The notes beneath the pieces are model-generated. The model made no database searches. It saw only the letters and a program-made list of their open reading frames with translations, and was not told the origin of the DNA. DNA of 64,000 bases from an uncultured Legionellaceae bacterium (GTDB lineage: Bacteria; Pseudomonadota; Gammaproteobacteria; Legionellales; Legionellaceae), in NCBI GenBank assembly GCA_964493245.1, contig CAZBNB010000011.1:1124-65123 (forward strand), in the 5' to 3' direction. This document shows, piece by piece, positions 43,900-55,400 of the stretch. Position numbers and translations under genes: made by a program. Positions within the stretch are counted from its first letter, which is position 1, and every line of letters starts with the position of its first letter.

Positions 43900-44898
43900 A
43901 TGATGTATCGACTGCTACGCTTTTTTTTGTTTTTATTCGAGCCTGAGTTGGTTCACGCTCTCAGCTTGCAATGTTTACGCTGGTTTTCTCGGTCTTTTTT
44001 TGTACAACCAAAGACAACGATACCTCTTGAGGTGATGGGGTTAACTTTTCCACATCGTATTGGCTTGGCTGCCGGATTAGATAAAAATGCGGCTTTTCTG
44101 GATGCGCTATCGAAGTTAGGTTTTGCCTTTATTGAAGTGGGAACCATCACACCAAAACCACAAAGTGGAAACCCAAAACCACGGTTGTTTCGCCTTCCCA
44201 AAGCACAAGCGCTTATTAATCGTATGGGATTTAACAATCAGGGGGTAGATGCCTTAATACGCCATATTCAGCAAGCCGATTATCAAGGTATTTTAGGCAT
44301 TAATATTGGTAAAAACAAAGAAACCCCACTTGATCAGGCAGTTGATGACTATGTCTACTGCTTGCAACGTGTTTATCCTTATGCATCTTACGTAACCATC
44401 AATATTTCTTCACCGAACACACCGGATCTAAGGCAGTTACATCAAGCTGATTATTTTGAGCATTTAATTCAAAAGTTGCAAACCGCTAGACAACATTTAG
44501 AAATCGAATATGGGCGGCGCGTACCCTTGGTTGTAAAGCTATCTCCAGATGAGTCTTTACCGATATTAAAGCACATGGTTGATGTGATGATAAAATATGG
44601 TATTGATGGTCTTATTGCAACGAATACCACCTGTGATCGAGATGCTGTAAAACATTTATCTCACGGTCATGAAGCGGGTGGGTTAAGTGGTGCACCATTA
44701 CGCCATCGAGCCACCGAGACTGTAAAAATATTGAAATCGTTGGTTGGGGATAAATTGGTACTGATCGGCGCCGGCGGAATCGACAGTCCTGAGGCGGCCC
44801 AAGAAAAACTGGTTGCCGGTGCGGTGTTACTGCAAATTTATACCGGGCTTATTTATCAAGGACCTGGTTTGATACGGCGTTTAACGGCACTAAGTTGA
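43900..44898 (+). CDS. pyrD: Dihydroorotate dehydrogenase (quinone), class 2
   Basis: N-terminal membrane-association helix region (MMYRLLRFFLFLFEPELVHAL), GLAAGLDKN, GFAFIEVGTITP, NISSPNTP and GGLSG motifs. Confidence 0.9.
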   Translation: MMYRLLRFFLFLFEPELVHALSLQCLRWFSRSFFVQPKTTIPLEVMGLTFPHRIGLAAGLDKNAAFLDALSKLGFAFIEVGTITPKPQSGNPKPRLFRLPKAQALINRMGFNNQGVDALIRHIQQADYQGILGINIGKNKETPLDQAVDDYVYCLQRVYPYASYVTINISSPNTPDLRQLHQADYFEHLIQKLQTARQHLEIEYGRRVPLVVKLSPDESLPILKHMVDVMIKYGIDGLIATNTTCDRDAVKHLSHGHEAGGLSGAPLRHRATETVKILKSLVGDKLVLIGAGGIDSPEAAQEKLVAGAVLLQIYTGLIYQGPGLIRRLTALS

Positions 44899-44938
44899 GT
44901 GTAAATATTCACGCCTGTTGACCGAAAACGATTACAAC

Positions 44939-46162
44939 TTACCCAAAAGAGACACCATAATCGAGCGCGGGTATCTGCAAGTAATGCGCAAGGCTTTGTC
45001 CAATATCAGCAAATGTGTCGCGTCTACCGATAAATTGACTTTTAATTTGGGGGCCAAATAATAAGACTGGGATATGCTCTCGTGTATGGTCTGAGCCTGG
45101 AAGAGTAGGATCGCAGCCGTGATCCGCTGTAATCACGACAATGTCATTCGGTTGTAGCCGCGACACTAACTCTGGTAAGCGCACATCAAATGTTTCCAAT
45201 GCGTGTGCATAACCTATTACATCACGACGATGACCATAAGAAGAATCAAAATCTACAAAGTTAGTAAAAATGAGTCCGCCTGGGTTTAACGTTTCCATCG
45301 CTTCAAGTGTTGCGTCAAACAAAGCCATGTTGCCATCCGCTTTGATGGTGTGTGTGATGCCCTGATGGGCAAAAATATCAGCGGTTTTACCGATACTAAT
45401 CACGTCTCGTTGCGCTGCTTTTAAATGATCGAGTAGCGTAGGTTTTGGTGGTGGGACTGCATAATCACGACGATTGCCTGTACGCTTAAATGCCCCTGCT
45501 TCACCGATAAAAGGTCGGGCAATGACGCGGCCAATGTGCAATGGATCCAGTAATTTACGGGCAATTTCACATAACTGATATAATTTTTCTAATCCAAATG
45601 TTTCTTCGTGTGCTGCGATTTGAAACACACTGTCAGCGGATGTGTAAACAATCGGTTTACCGGTACGTTGATGTTCAGCGCCTAATGCTTCGATAATGTC
45701 AGTTCCTGATGCGTGTTTTTGTCCTAAAACGCCAGATAGGCCTGCAAGCTTAATGAATTCATTGATTAAAGACGCTGGAAAACAATTGGGTTCATCGGGA
45801 AAATATCCCCAAGCGTTTAATACCGGTACGCCAGCAATTTCCCAGTGGCCGCTGGGCGTATCTTTACCGAGGCTTTGTTCTACAGCGTAACCATACATGG
45901 CTGTTGGTTCCGAGAGAGTTGCTAAATCGCAGAGCTTTAATCCAGAGCTCGCGATAGCGGCATGATATAAGCCGTATTTTGCTAAATTGGGGATATGTAA
46001 GGGGCCTTGACGCAGTGTCGGGTGATCAGCTTTCCCCGCTTCACATGCTTGGACAATATGTCCGAATGTATTGGCATCACTGTCACCATATTGGTATGCA
46101 TCTAAGCTTGCTCCGATGCCTAATGAGTCCATTAGTAAAATACACACTCGTGCTTGATTCAT
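44939..46162 (-). CDS. deoB: Phosphopentomutase
   Basis: Alkaline-phosphatase-superfamily DeoB pattern ([10 protein letters not shown].., [18 protein letters not shown]). Confidence 0.9.
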   Translation of the reverse strand: MNQARVCILLMDSLGIGASLDAYQYGDSDANTFGHIVQACEAGKADHPTLRQGPLHIPNLAKYGLYHAAIASSGLKLCDLATLSEPTAMYGYAVEQSLGKDTPSGHWEIAGVPVLNAWGYFPDEPNCFPASLINEFIKLAGLSGVLGQKHASGTDIIEALGAEHQRTGKPIVYTSADSVFQIAAHEETFGLEKLYQLCEIARKLLDPLHIGRVIARPFIGEAGAFKRTGNRRDYAVPPPKPTLLDHLKAAQRDVISIGKTADIFAHQGITHTIKADGNMALFDATLEAMETLNPGGLIFTNFVDFDSSYGHRRDVIGYAHALETFDVRLPELVSRLQPNDIVVITADHGCDPTLPGSDHTREHIPVLLFGPQIKSQFIGRRDTFADIGQSLAHYLQIPALDYGVSFG

Positions 46163-46171
46163 AATACGTCC

Positions 46172-47455
46172 CTACGTTGTTAATCTTCGGCAATGTGTTT
46201 CTTTTAATCCAATTAATGTAAGCAATGCGACTACGATTCCCAATGGAAATAAAGTGGCTGCATATTGGTAGTCACCTAAAGAATAGACGGGCACATGCTT
46301 AATCAACATCATGCCACCATGTGATGACAGTAACCAACTAAAAATATTTTGGTAAATCACATATCCACTTTGTGTAAAAATAGACACAATACTCACGGCG
46401 GTGGCTGTCATGGCTTGTGAGGCGCTTTCAGCAACCAAGGCATAACTAATAATTTGGCTGGCGGTAAAAAATCCCAGTAAGAAAAACAAACCGTACATCA
46501 TGTTTAAAGAAACGGGCAAGTATAAAAAAACAACCATGATTATCAATGATAGCAGCGCACCCAGTTTCATGGGGAAAACACGTCGATTTAATTTGTCTGA
46601 GCACCAACCCATCACTGGTCCGCCGATAATGGCACCTAGAAACAACATCGAGTTAATCAGCGAAGCCGTTTCTTTGGAAATATCCATGCGTTGCATCAAA
46701 TATAACGAACCCATAACAGCACCAAAAACCGCGACAACCATGTTCATTAAACTGGCATAAGCAGCTGCACGTAAGGTTTGTGGATTAAGATAAGCGAGTT
46801 TAATGCGAGTTAGCAACGGCAAATGAGTATGTTGGCGTTCGACATAAGAAGCGGGTTTATCACGAATCACTTTCAACATGATAAAAATAATAACGACTCC
46901 TAGCCACCCAATGATCGTCAACGCATTGCGCCATCCCATGTACATCACCAATTTGGTGAGCGGATATTGAGCCAACATACCGCCTGTCATGGCAATGGTG
47001 ACAATCATTCCTGTGACCAAAGCCATGCGTTTGGGTGCAAACCAGCAGGATGCAATGCGAATGGGACCTAAGAAACAAAAAGCACTGCCAATTCCAGTTA
47101 CAAAGCGACATGCCAGCGCAACGTAGAACGATTGAGCATGTGCGAGTATAAACGTGCTGATGACACACAATAGCATCGCAAAGCAGATAATTTTTTTAGG
47201 AGAAAATCTATCTAAAGTAATACCCGCCACAAATAAGAAAATCACATTGGATGCATAATAAATACTCGATAAATACGTCATTTTATCGACCTCGATATGA
47301 AAGTCGGTCATGAGGTTATCTGCGATCGAAGCAAACATATTGCCTTGAATAAATTCATAAAAGAAAAACAAAGAAGTCACGAAGCAAATGCACCACGGTA
47401 GCCAATTAGCATGCGTTGCCGTTTTTTCAGTTGCGTAATGATTTGTCATTTCCAC
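46172..47455 (-). CDS. MFS transporter, Pht (phagosomal transporter)-like, copy 2
   Basis: 12-TM MFS about 427 aa long. Paralogous to the adjacent gene and immediately upstream of deoB, as reported for Legionella phtC-phtD. Confidence 0.8.
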   Translation of the reverse strand: MEMTNHYATEKTATHANWLPWCICFVTSLFFFYEFIQGNMFASIADNLMTDFHIEVDKMTYLSSIYYASNVIFLFVAGITLDRFSPKKIICFAMLLCVISTFILAHAQSFYVALACRFVTGIGSAFCFLGPIRIASCWFAPKRMALVTGMIVTIAMTGGMLAQYPLTKLVMYMGWRNALTIIGWLGVVIIFIMLKVIRDKPASYVERQHTHLPLLTRIKLAYLNPQTLRAAAYASLMNMVVAVFGAVMGSLYLMQRMDISKETASLINSMLFLGAIIGGPVMGWCSDKLNRRVFPMKLGALLSLIIMVVFLYLPVSLNMMYGLFFLLGFFTASQIISYALVAESASQAMTATAVSIVSIFTQSGYVIYQNIFSWLLSSHGGMMLIKHVPVYSLGDYQYAATLFPLGIVVALLTLIGLKETHCRRLTT

Positions 47456-48709
47456 TTAGTATCCTCGTTGTTCATTTTTGGTTTCACGCATTAAAAAGAC
47501 CATGAATATCGCAATAATGGCGCTACTTGGAAATATCCACATTGCAAATTGATAATCTGCGCTGGTGTAATGTGTTTGCATGATTGGCGCATGATATTGT
47601 AGCAGCGCGCCAAATAAAACTTGTGCGATACCGCCACCGCCCATGACCAAAATAGAAGCGATGGCGGTAGCGACACCGGTTAGATGCTTTTGGTTGTTAT
47701 CAGCGATAAAGGGGTAACTTAAAACTTGTGTGCTGGTAAAGAGCCCAATGGCAAAAAACAACAGCTGTAACTCTTTGTCTGATAAGGTCACTGGAAGGAC
47801 AAGTAAAAGGGTTAAGCCCAACGTGGCAACAGCGCCGATTAGCATGGTTGGTTTACGTTGTCCGTGTTTGTCTGATAACCATCCAACCAAAGGACAGCCA
47901 ATGATGCTCCCCATAAATAATTCGCTGATGATATTGCTAGCAGAGAAGCTAGAAACATGATGCACTTGGTGTAGATAACTGTCGCCCCACAAAGCACATA
48001 AGACCATAATCGGTAAATTAAGACAGGCGGTGTAAAGACCCGCATAGCTGTTTTGGAGGTGGCCCAATGCTTGGGAAAAGTCGCGTTTCAATGACGATCG
48101 TGCGAGCACGTGTGGCGTGGTGGGGGATTTGTCTTTCACGATACAGAAAATCCACACCATGATAATCAAGCCAAGAAAACCATTCACCAAGACCGCATGT
48201 CGCCACCCATAGTGCGCATTGAGGTATGCAAAGGGTGTGTGTGCTGCCATCCCACCTAAGAAAGCCATCGTGACAATACAGCCAATCACCAACGCTTGCT
48301 TTTTGGGAGGAAACCAACGAGAGACGAGTACTACACAAGATAAAAAGCAGAAAGCGTTTCCTATACCGGTTAATCCATGAAAAAACGCGGCACTGCTAAA
48401 TGAATGACTAAATCCAAACCCAAAAACCCCTATAATACAGATAGACAACGCCCCTAAAATGACGTGACGAGCAGAATAGCGATCGATAATTAAGCCGGCA
48501 GGTAACAAAAATAATACATTTCCCCAGACAAAAGTGCTGGACATCCAACCCAATGCTGTTGCATCTAGTAGAAATTCTTGTCTTAAGAGTTGATTGATAA
48601 CGTCAAATAGATTAAGTTGAAAAAACTCATAGAAGAAAAACAATCCCGCAGATAAACAAACAAGCCAGGGTAATAAGTTGTTTTTGAAGCGAGCATGTGG
48701 GGTTGGCAA
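47456..48709 (-). CDS. MFS transporter, Pht (phagosomal transporter)-like, copy 1
   Basis: 12-TM MFS, 417 aa. Shares the N-terminal motif F(F)FYEF(F/I)Q.N(L/M)F and the loop W(L/C)SDK..(Q/R)R with the neighbour. Its stop abuts the next start. Confidence 0.8.
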   Translation of the reverse strand: MPTPHARFKNNLLPWLVCLSAGLFFFYEFFQLNLFDVINQLLRQEFLLDATALGWMSSTFVWGNVLFLLPAGLIIDRYSARHVILGALSICIIGVFGFGFSHSFSSAAFFHGLTGIGNAFCFLSCVVLVSRWFPPKKQALVIGCIVTMAFLGGMAAHTPFAYLNAHYGWRHAVLVNGFLGLIIMVWIFCIVKDKSPTTPHVLARSSLKRDFSQALGHLQNSYAGLYTACLNLPIMVLCALWGDSYLHQVHHVSSFSASNIISELFMGSIIGCPLVGWLSDKHGQRKPTMLIGAVATLGLTLLLVLPVTLSDKELQLLFFAIGLFTSTQVLSYPFIADNNQKHLTGVATAIASILVMGGGGIAQVLFGALLQYHAPIMQTHYTSADYQFAMWIFPSSAIIAIFMVFLMRETKNEQRGY

Positions 48710-48827
48710 AATCTCTCCTTGGGTGATAAGGATGTGTGCGCGCGAATTATAACAAACTGCCTAAGGGATTGTAAGTTGAATCTCTCGGTCTGCGATAAAA
48801 AATGTAATCCGATACGGAGATAATGCG

Positions 48828-50399
48828 ATGAGAAGGAAGTGGTATTTGGCTTTTGGGTTTGTTGTCGTTTTTTTTATGTTACGCGCTGTGGTGTGGGGAC
48901 ACGATGATTGGATCCCGGTATTTATTATTCCGCTCATGATAGTGGGCATTTATGATGTCATGCAAACCAAACATACGATTTTGCGAAATTTCCCGATTTT
49001 GGGACATTTTCGTTTTATGGCAGAGTTTGTTCGTCCCGAAATTCAGCAGTACTTCATTGCCAATGATGAGGAAGAGCTTCCCTATAGTCGAGAAGTTCGT
49101 TCGTTGGTTTATCAACGCGCCAAAAATGTCCGTGACACGATTCCTTTTGGCACTTCCCGAGATATTTTAGCCATTGGTTATACCTGGGTATTGCATTCTT
49201 TGGCACCCAAGTCGGTTGTGGAGGTTGAGGCTCGTATTCTTGTGGGTGGACCTGATTGTACCAAACCTTATCTGGCATCGCGATTAAACGCATCTGCCAT
49301 GAGTTTTGGCGCGTTGTCTGCACCAGCCATTATGGCCATTAATATGGGTGCTAAGCTTGGAAATTTTGCACAAAATACAGGAGAGGGTGGTTTAACAACG
49401 TATCATTTGCAAGGTGGTGATTTGGTTTTACAACTGGGGACTGCATATTTTGGTTTTCGTGACGAAAACGGTCATTTTGATGAAAAATTATTTAAAGAAG
49501 CAACCCGTCGTGATGAAGTCGTGATGACAGAAATAAAATTATCTCAAGGTGCTAAGCCATCGGAAGGCGGAATTTTACCGGGTGTTAAAGTCACGGAGGA
49601 AATTGCTCAGTTTCGTAAAATTAAGCAAGGACAGGATGCTCTATCACCGGCAGCACATTCGGCGTTTAATACCCCGGTTGAGTTACTTAAATTTGTTCAA
49701 AAACTTAGAAATCTATCGGGTGGGAAGCCAGTTGGATTCAAACTGTGTGTTGGGCGCAAAGAAAATTTCTTTGCCATTTGTAAAGCCATGTTAATGACTA
49801 ATATTTACCCTGATTTTATTACGGTTGATGGTGCTGAAGGTGGGACGGGTGCTGCACCGGTTGAGTTTGCGAATCATGTTGGAGAGCCGCTAGATGCGGG
49901 GTTATTTTTTGTTCACAATGCTTTGGTGGGAATAGGTCTACGCGATAAAATTCGAATTATCTGCAGCGCTAAAATTGCCAGTGGATATGATATGGTTTTG
50001 AGAGTTGCAATGGGAGCAGATCTTTGTAATTGCGCGCGTCCTATGATGATGGCGGTGGGGTGTGTGCAAGCAAAACAATGCCACTCTAATACCTGTCCTA
50101 CTGGCGTGACGACACAAAACAAGCGTTTACAGCGAGGCTTGGTTCCTGAAGAAAAGAAATTGCGTGTGGCGGCTTATCATCACAATACAATGTACAGCTT
50201 TTTACAAATTGTCGGTGCTATGGGATTAACCAACCCCAGTCATTTATCACCCGATTACATTATGCGCCGTATTTCAACCCAAGTCGCGAAGCCATTGAGT
50301 GAAATTTATGAGTATTTAAAGCCTGGGGAGTTACTCGGCGACAAGATACCGGAGTTGTATAAAAAGACTTGGGCCTTGGCTGATCCAGAGGCATTTTGA
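48828..50399 (+). CDS. FMN-binding glutamate synthase-family protein (GltB domain-2-like) with N-terminal membrane anchor
   Basis: Two N-terminal TM helices followed by a GltS FMN-domain-like TIM barrel (..MSFGALS.., GEGG, VDGAEGGTGAAP). Confidence 0.8.
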   Translation: MRRKWYLAFGFVVVFFMLRAVVWGHDDWIPVFIIPLMIVGIYDVMQTKHTILRNFPILGHFRFMAEFVRPEIQQYFIANDEEELPYSREVRSLVYQRAKNVRDTIPFGTSRDILAIGYTWVLHSLAPKSVVEVEARILVGGPDCTKPYLASRLNASAMSFGALSAPAIMAINMGAKLGNFAQNTGEGGLTTYHLQGGDLVLQLGTAYFGFRDENGHFDEKLFKEATRRDEVVMTEIKLSQGAKPSEGGILPGVKVTEEIAQFRKIKQGQDALSPAAHSAFNTPVELLKFVQKLRNLSGGKPVGFKLCVGRKENFFAICKAMLMTNIYPDFITVDGAEGGTGAAPVEFANHVGEPLDAGLFFVHNALVGIGLRDKIRIICSAKIASGYDMVLRVAMGADLCNCARPMMMAVGCVQAKQCHSNTCPTGVTTQNKRLQRGLVPEEKKLRVAAYHHNTMYSFLQIVGAMGLTNPSHLSPDYIMRRISTQVAKPLSEIYEYLKPGELLGDKIPELYKKTWALADPEAF

Positions 50400-50436
50400 T
50401 TGTGAGTGCTCTCCGAATTTTAGTGGGTGGGGAGAA

Positions 50437-50644
50437 GGGCTTATCGTTCAGGCTACGTTGCTTTATTTAGCGGAGGCGTCCGCTTGATCCACTTTTCAGG
50501 CTGTTTTAAGGGGCCCGCGCCTATTCGCTCCCGCTCAAAGGCGCTAAAAAGCACATCCCTGTGCTTTTTACCCCGTAAAACAGCCTGAAAAGTGGCGCTT
50601 CCGCAATCCGCTAAATAAAACAACGCAGCTTGAACGATAAGCCC
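50437..50644. repeat. About 208-bp palindromic MITE-like element, family D (copy D1)
   Basis: Terminal arms gggcttatcgttcaggctacgttgctttatttagcgga / tccgctaaataaaacaacgcagcttgaacgataagccc. A second copy lies at 63776-63981 in inverted orientation. Confidence 0.85.
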
Positions 50645-50802
50645 GCCAGATCGATGTTTGAATGATTCGGCGCCCAGTAAATGTTCAGGCTTGTTCAACA
50701 ACTTTTTCGCTCAACCCGCACTCTCTAATAACCGTGTAACCAAATGTCAACAGACCCTAGAGCGGCTCAAATATAGCCGCTCAGTCACAGTTACCAATTA
50801 AT

Positions 50803-52122
50803 TTATTTGTCGCTTATGACTTCACCTATTAAGTCATACTCCAGACTTTTTGTTATATTAACTTCCACAAATTGACCGACACGTACGTTTGGATTCGGAT
50901 CTAAGTAGACCAGGCCATCGATTTCAGGTGCATCAGCACTGCTGCGTGCGATGATATGCTCATCTGTAATCGCATCAACCAAAACCGTTTGTTGTGTGCC
51001 AATTTTTTGTTTTAGTTTACGTTGGCTAATACGTGATTGTACTTGCATGAATTGATGATAACGTTCTTCTTTAACCGCGTCATCCACTGGATCAGGGAGG
51101 TCGTTGGCTTTCGCGCCTTCCACCGGCGAATATTGAAAACACCCGACGCGATCTAATTGTGCGGCTTCTAAGAAATCCAATAACTCATTAAATTCGGCGT
51201 CTGTTTCGCCAGGAAAGCCGACAATGAATGTCGATCGTAATGTGATATCTGGGCAGATGCTTCGCCATGTTTCAATGCGTTTTAAGGTATTTTCACTGTT
51301 AGCAGGGCGCTTCATGGCTTTGAGTACACGTTGATTCGCGTGTTGTAAAGGGATATCTAAATACGGTAAAAGTGTGCCTTGTTGCATAAGTGGAATAATG
51401 TCATCAACATGCGGATATGGGTAGACATAATGCAATCGGACCCAAATACCCAGCTCTCCTAGTTGCTCGCAGAGATCATAAAAGCGTGTCTGCACGGTTT
51501 TATCTTGCCAAGTTGTTTCTGCATAACGTGTGTCAATACCGTATGCACTGGTATCTTGTGAAATCACCAATAACTCTTGAACCCCGGCCTCTTTTAAACG
51601 TTTTGCTTCGGTTAAAACCTGTGTCATAGGATAGCTTTGTAAACGCCCACGCATGCTTGGAATGATACAAAAAGTGCACTTTTGATTGCATCCTTCCGAA
51701 ATTTTCAAATACGCATAGTGCCGTGGTGTGAGTTTGATGCCTTGAGGTGGAACCAATTGTGTAAATGGGCTGGTTGGGGGTGGAAGATGCTCATGGACTG
51801 CTTTGACAACTTCTTCATAGGCATGTGCGCCACTGATATGTAATACATCAGGACAGGCTTCACGAATCAAATCGGCTTTTGCACCCAAACAACCGGTCAC
51901 AATCACACGACCATTTTCAGCAGCTGCCTCTTGAATGGTTTCTAACGACTCTTGAATCGCATCATCAATAAAACCACAGGTATTGACGACCACAACACCG
52001 GCATCTTGGTAATTAGAAACCAACTCATAACCTTGGGCACGTAGTTGGGTAATAATTCGCTCAGAATCAACCAACGCCTTGGGGCAACCTAAACTGACAA
52101 AGCCAACTTTGTGATTTTCCAT
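50803..52122 (-). CDS. rimO: Ribosomal protein S12 methylthiotransferase
   Basis: UPF0004 N-domain ([16 protein letters not shown]), radical-SAM cluster motif CNQKCTFC and a C-terminal TRAM domain. Confidence 0.9.
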   Translation of the reverse strand: MENHKVGFVSLGCPKALVDSERIITQLRAQGYELVSNYQDAGVVVVNTCGFIDDAIQESLETIQEAAAENGRVIVTGCLGAKADLIREACPDVLHISGAHAYEEVVKAVHEHLPPPTSPFTQLVPPQGIKLTPRHYAYLKISEGCNQKCTFCIIPSMRGRLQSYPMTQVLTEAKRLKEAGVQELLVISQDTSAYGIDTRYAETTWQDKTVQTRFYDLCEQLGELGIWVRLHYVYPYPHVDDIIPLMQQGTLLPYLDIPLQHANQRVLKAMKRPANSENTLKRIETWRSICPDITLRSTFIVGFPGETDAEFNELLDFLEAAQLDRVGCFQYSPVEGAKANDLPDPVDDAVKEERYHQFMQVQSRISQRKLKQKIGTQQTVLVDAITDEHIIARSSADAPEIDGLVYLDPNPNVRVGQFVEVNITKSLEYDLIGEVISDK

Positions 52123-52485
52123 GATATGTGATATCTCAGATAAAAATGGCGGACATTATACACCTGAATGACTTCAAAATGCTATGTTTTGGACGATTCG
52201 ATCGCAAATTTCTCACTGCTATTCTTTTATTTAGAAAGCGTGTGATTTGACAGAACGTCTCAATGTGGACTAGACAGTAATCTACGCCTTGTAGGGCCGC
52301 ATTGGTAAAAAAACAGGTTACTTTATCTGCACAAGAAAACAAAAAAAAGATCACCATGTCTGTATGCATATCAAAATGAAGGTGTGTTAGTATACGCCGG
52401 ATTCTAATGATTAACCTGTCTTACGCAGCACAGTATTTTTTAAAGCGTGTGATATGGACTTAAGCCGTACACTGAAGAAAATAAA

Positions 52486-55400
52486 ATGAATGATCATAAT
52501 AAAGAAGTGGTTCATGATGAGGATGTTGCCGAGCCTGTGCTGGATCTTCGTGATTCGATAACGAACGATTTGAAAGCTTTTAAAGCGGGTATCAAGTTGA
52601 CTAGAAGTGCTATAAAGTGGGGGAAACCCATTCTTAAGCATGAGTTAAAGCTTTTACCTAAAGCGATTAGTCAAGATGAATTAGACGCACTGAAAAACTT
52701 AGCCAATCAATCTCGTATCAGTGGTAAAAAAGGACGAGCGATTACCAGTGTGATTAAAAATAACGCTCTCAAGGCAAGTACTAAAAAAACATTACAAGTT
52801 TCAATCGATAAATTTCAAGAGCGTATGCTGGTTGATAAAGTCTCCAAAAGTATAGGCATCGTAGATAATTTGCTAAAAAGCTATAACTCTGCATTAACAG
52901 CGTGTATTAATTTAACCGATCCAGATGGAATCAGAGGTATGCCTGCATTGGTATTCGAGATGCTGGCGCGTTCTGGTGAAATTTACTTTGTGGATGGTTT
53001 GAGTAATCTTGTGGTTGCAAGCCTTGGAGCGACACAACTTCCTGTTGTTGTATCTATATTGGCCCCGGTTGCTATCTCTATTCTGTTGATAAAACCATCT
53101 TGGGACTTAATTGAATCTACCGCCAGATCTTTGGTCAAGCAACTGCAATCACAGATTGATGACAAACATATTTTGCCTAATCTCCAAGTCCTCAGTCACG
53201 CAGAAATTATTAATATGCTCCCCAATCCAATTGCGTTGATTTATGATCGCAATATGGAGGATTTGGCACAAAAATGGCTCCCTGTTATTCAGCCGACACT
53301 CGCTGTAGGGCTTCATTTGGGAGAAACTGACAGTGTTTCTCAACAGGCCGTGAATAAGCATACTTTGCCAGAAGTGACGGTCCCTCAATCAAAAAAGAAT
53401 CAAAACAGTACGCCAAAACCAGCATTTAAGCGGCATACGACGGTTAATGCTGGTATTAAAACAGATATATTTGGTCAGCCAGGTTTGGGTTTTGAAAGTC
53501 AAACACAAATGAGTGAACAATATCATCTGAAAGTGGCTGCAAATTTAGCTGGATTGACACCGCAGACAAGGGCAATCAGTGTCAGTGGCGATGTCATGTA
53601 TCTAGGCGATAAATGTTCTATTCATGGGGGTGTCTCGGTATATAAAACCACGACTGGAGCCGGCGCTGCGGCTGTTGGTTCTATTCTCACTGCCGATGGC
53701 GCTGTTTCTGTCGGTTTTTCAAGTACTTATGGTTGGTTTATTTCTTTTTCTGCTATGACTCCATGGGGCGTAGTGGCCTTATCGGCAGCTATTGTTGGGA
53801 TTGGCGCTGGCTTATTAACAAAAAAACTGCTTGATAAAAGAGCAGAGAACTTTTTTCCTTTCTTGGATAATCAATTAAAACCTAATAAAAAAATAGCTAA
53901 ATTTGTCGCATTATCTTGTGAAAAATCGCTAACAAAAAAAGCACAAGAAAAACTACAGCAGGCATTTCAACAAAGCAAAATGTCGGCGGATGCTGCCGGC
54001 CGAGAATTTTTGTCAATCCTTCAGTACTTTCAAACGCATCGATCGATAGAAGCCATCGCTGCTTTAAAAAATCATGATTATCAACAATTGATCGCGTTAT
54101 ACGATCATGCGTTTCGGGCTGGTACAGCGCCTATTTATAAAGATATTGAAGCAGGGCGCTTTCAAGATGCCTATCAAAAATGCGTACAATCACAACAAAA
54201 CTTTCTTGAGAACGATTCGTTATTGGTATTAAAAAACAGCATATTAGATATCATCAAGTTTCAGGAAATGGTGGAACCTATTTATGCAGAAATAGAGGCA
54301 AGTCATTATCAAGAAGCTTATCAAAAATGTATACAAGCTCAGCAAATATTTCCTGATAATCCATCATTAATGGTATTGAAAAAAAATGTGTCGACTCAAA
54401 TAGCCTATTATGAAGCATTGCATATTTTAGATAAGCAAGGTTGTGATGCGGCTATGCAGCATTTCGTTGGCCATACGGATATGCAAGAAAATCTGGTAAG
54501 GCATCAATTTGCCTTATCGGTCGCATTTGTTAATCACGGAAATTTATCTGATAGCACCATCGATTATTGTAAAGAATCTATTCAACGGTTTTTAGAAATT
54601 CCAGATATTTCTGATGTAGAAAAAGGAACCGCCCATTTTTGCCAAGCATATTTTTTGAGCTTAAAAAAAGACTATGCCTCTCGACAGACTATGCTGACAG
54701 AACTTGAGACGGCGCATAAATGGAATAAAGCGAGCGCGTCGATTGCTTCGCTTCTCGCTAAAGAGTACGCGCGACGGTTTCAATATGAACAAGCGCGGAC
54801 AACGTTGCAACATGCTGGAGAACCGACAACGATTGTTGACTTAGCGATGATTGAACATCATCAGTTGAGTCTAATGATTTTTTCAAACATGATTGACTAT
54901 GTCATGCCTTTTTTAAAGTTTATGCAACCTAATCATGTGCGTGGGCTATTAAAAGCAGAACAAATAATCGCGTTAACGAGCTCTGGTGCATTTTTATTAT
55001 GGCGTTATCAGGCTGAGCTTCATATTAATGCACAGCAGCAACGTGAGTTAGCCTATTTCTTCGGTCATTGTAGTGCAGAGGAAAAAGCGATATACGAGGC
55101 ATTACTACCCTACGATCAAAATTTACAGCAATTACGTAAATTGCAGCTAAGTATCTCTGTATTGATTTTTGTTCATCATATTGTTGCTCACTTAGCACCA
55201 AAAGATAAATCATGGGATACCAGTTTACGGTATTCAGGAGCAGGGTTGGATGTTGCTAATACAGCGGCTTTATCTGCTCTTTCATGGGTGAATATGCAAC
55301 GTGCTTTTGAAAAACGCTCACAAGCGTTGGGTGTTTACCGTGCGGCTATAGAGCAATCTGATACAGCCGTGGCTCTCAGCTCTTCAATGGATTCTATGCT

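Noticed and set aside
50453-50701. 82-aa ORF, and its look-alike at 63661-63924, sharing ADCGSATFQAVLRGKKH.DVLFSAFERE
   Set aside because: Both lie inside family D palindromic elements. The similarity is explained by the DNA repeat. The ORFs are bounded by the repeat and have no credible start context.
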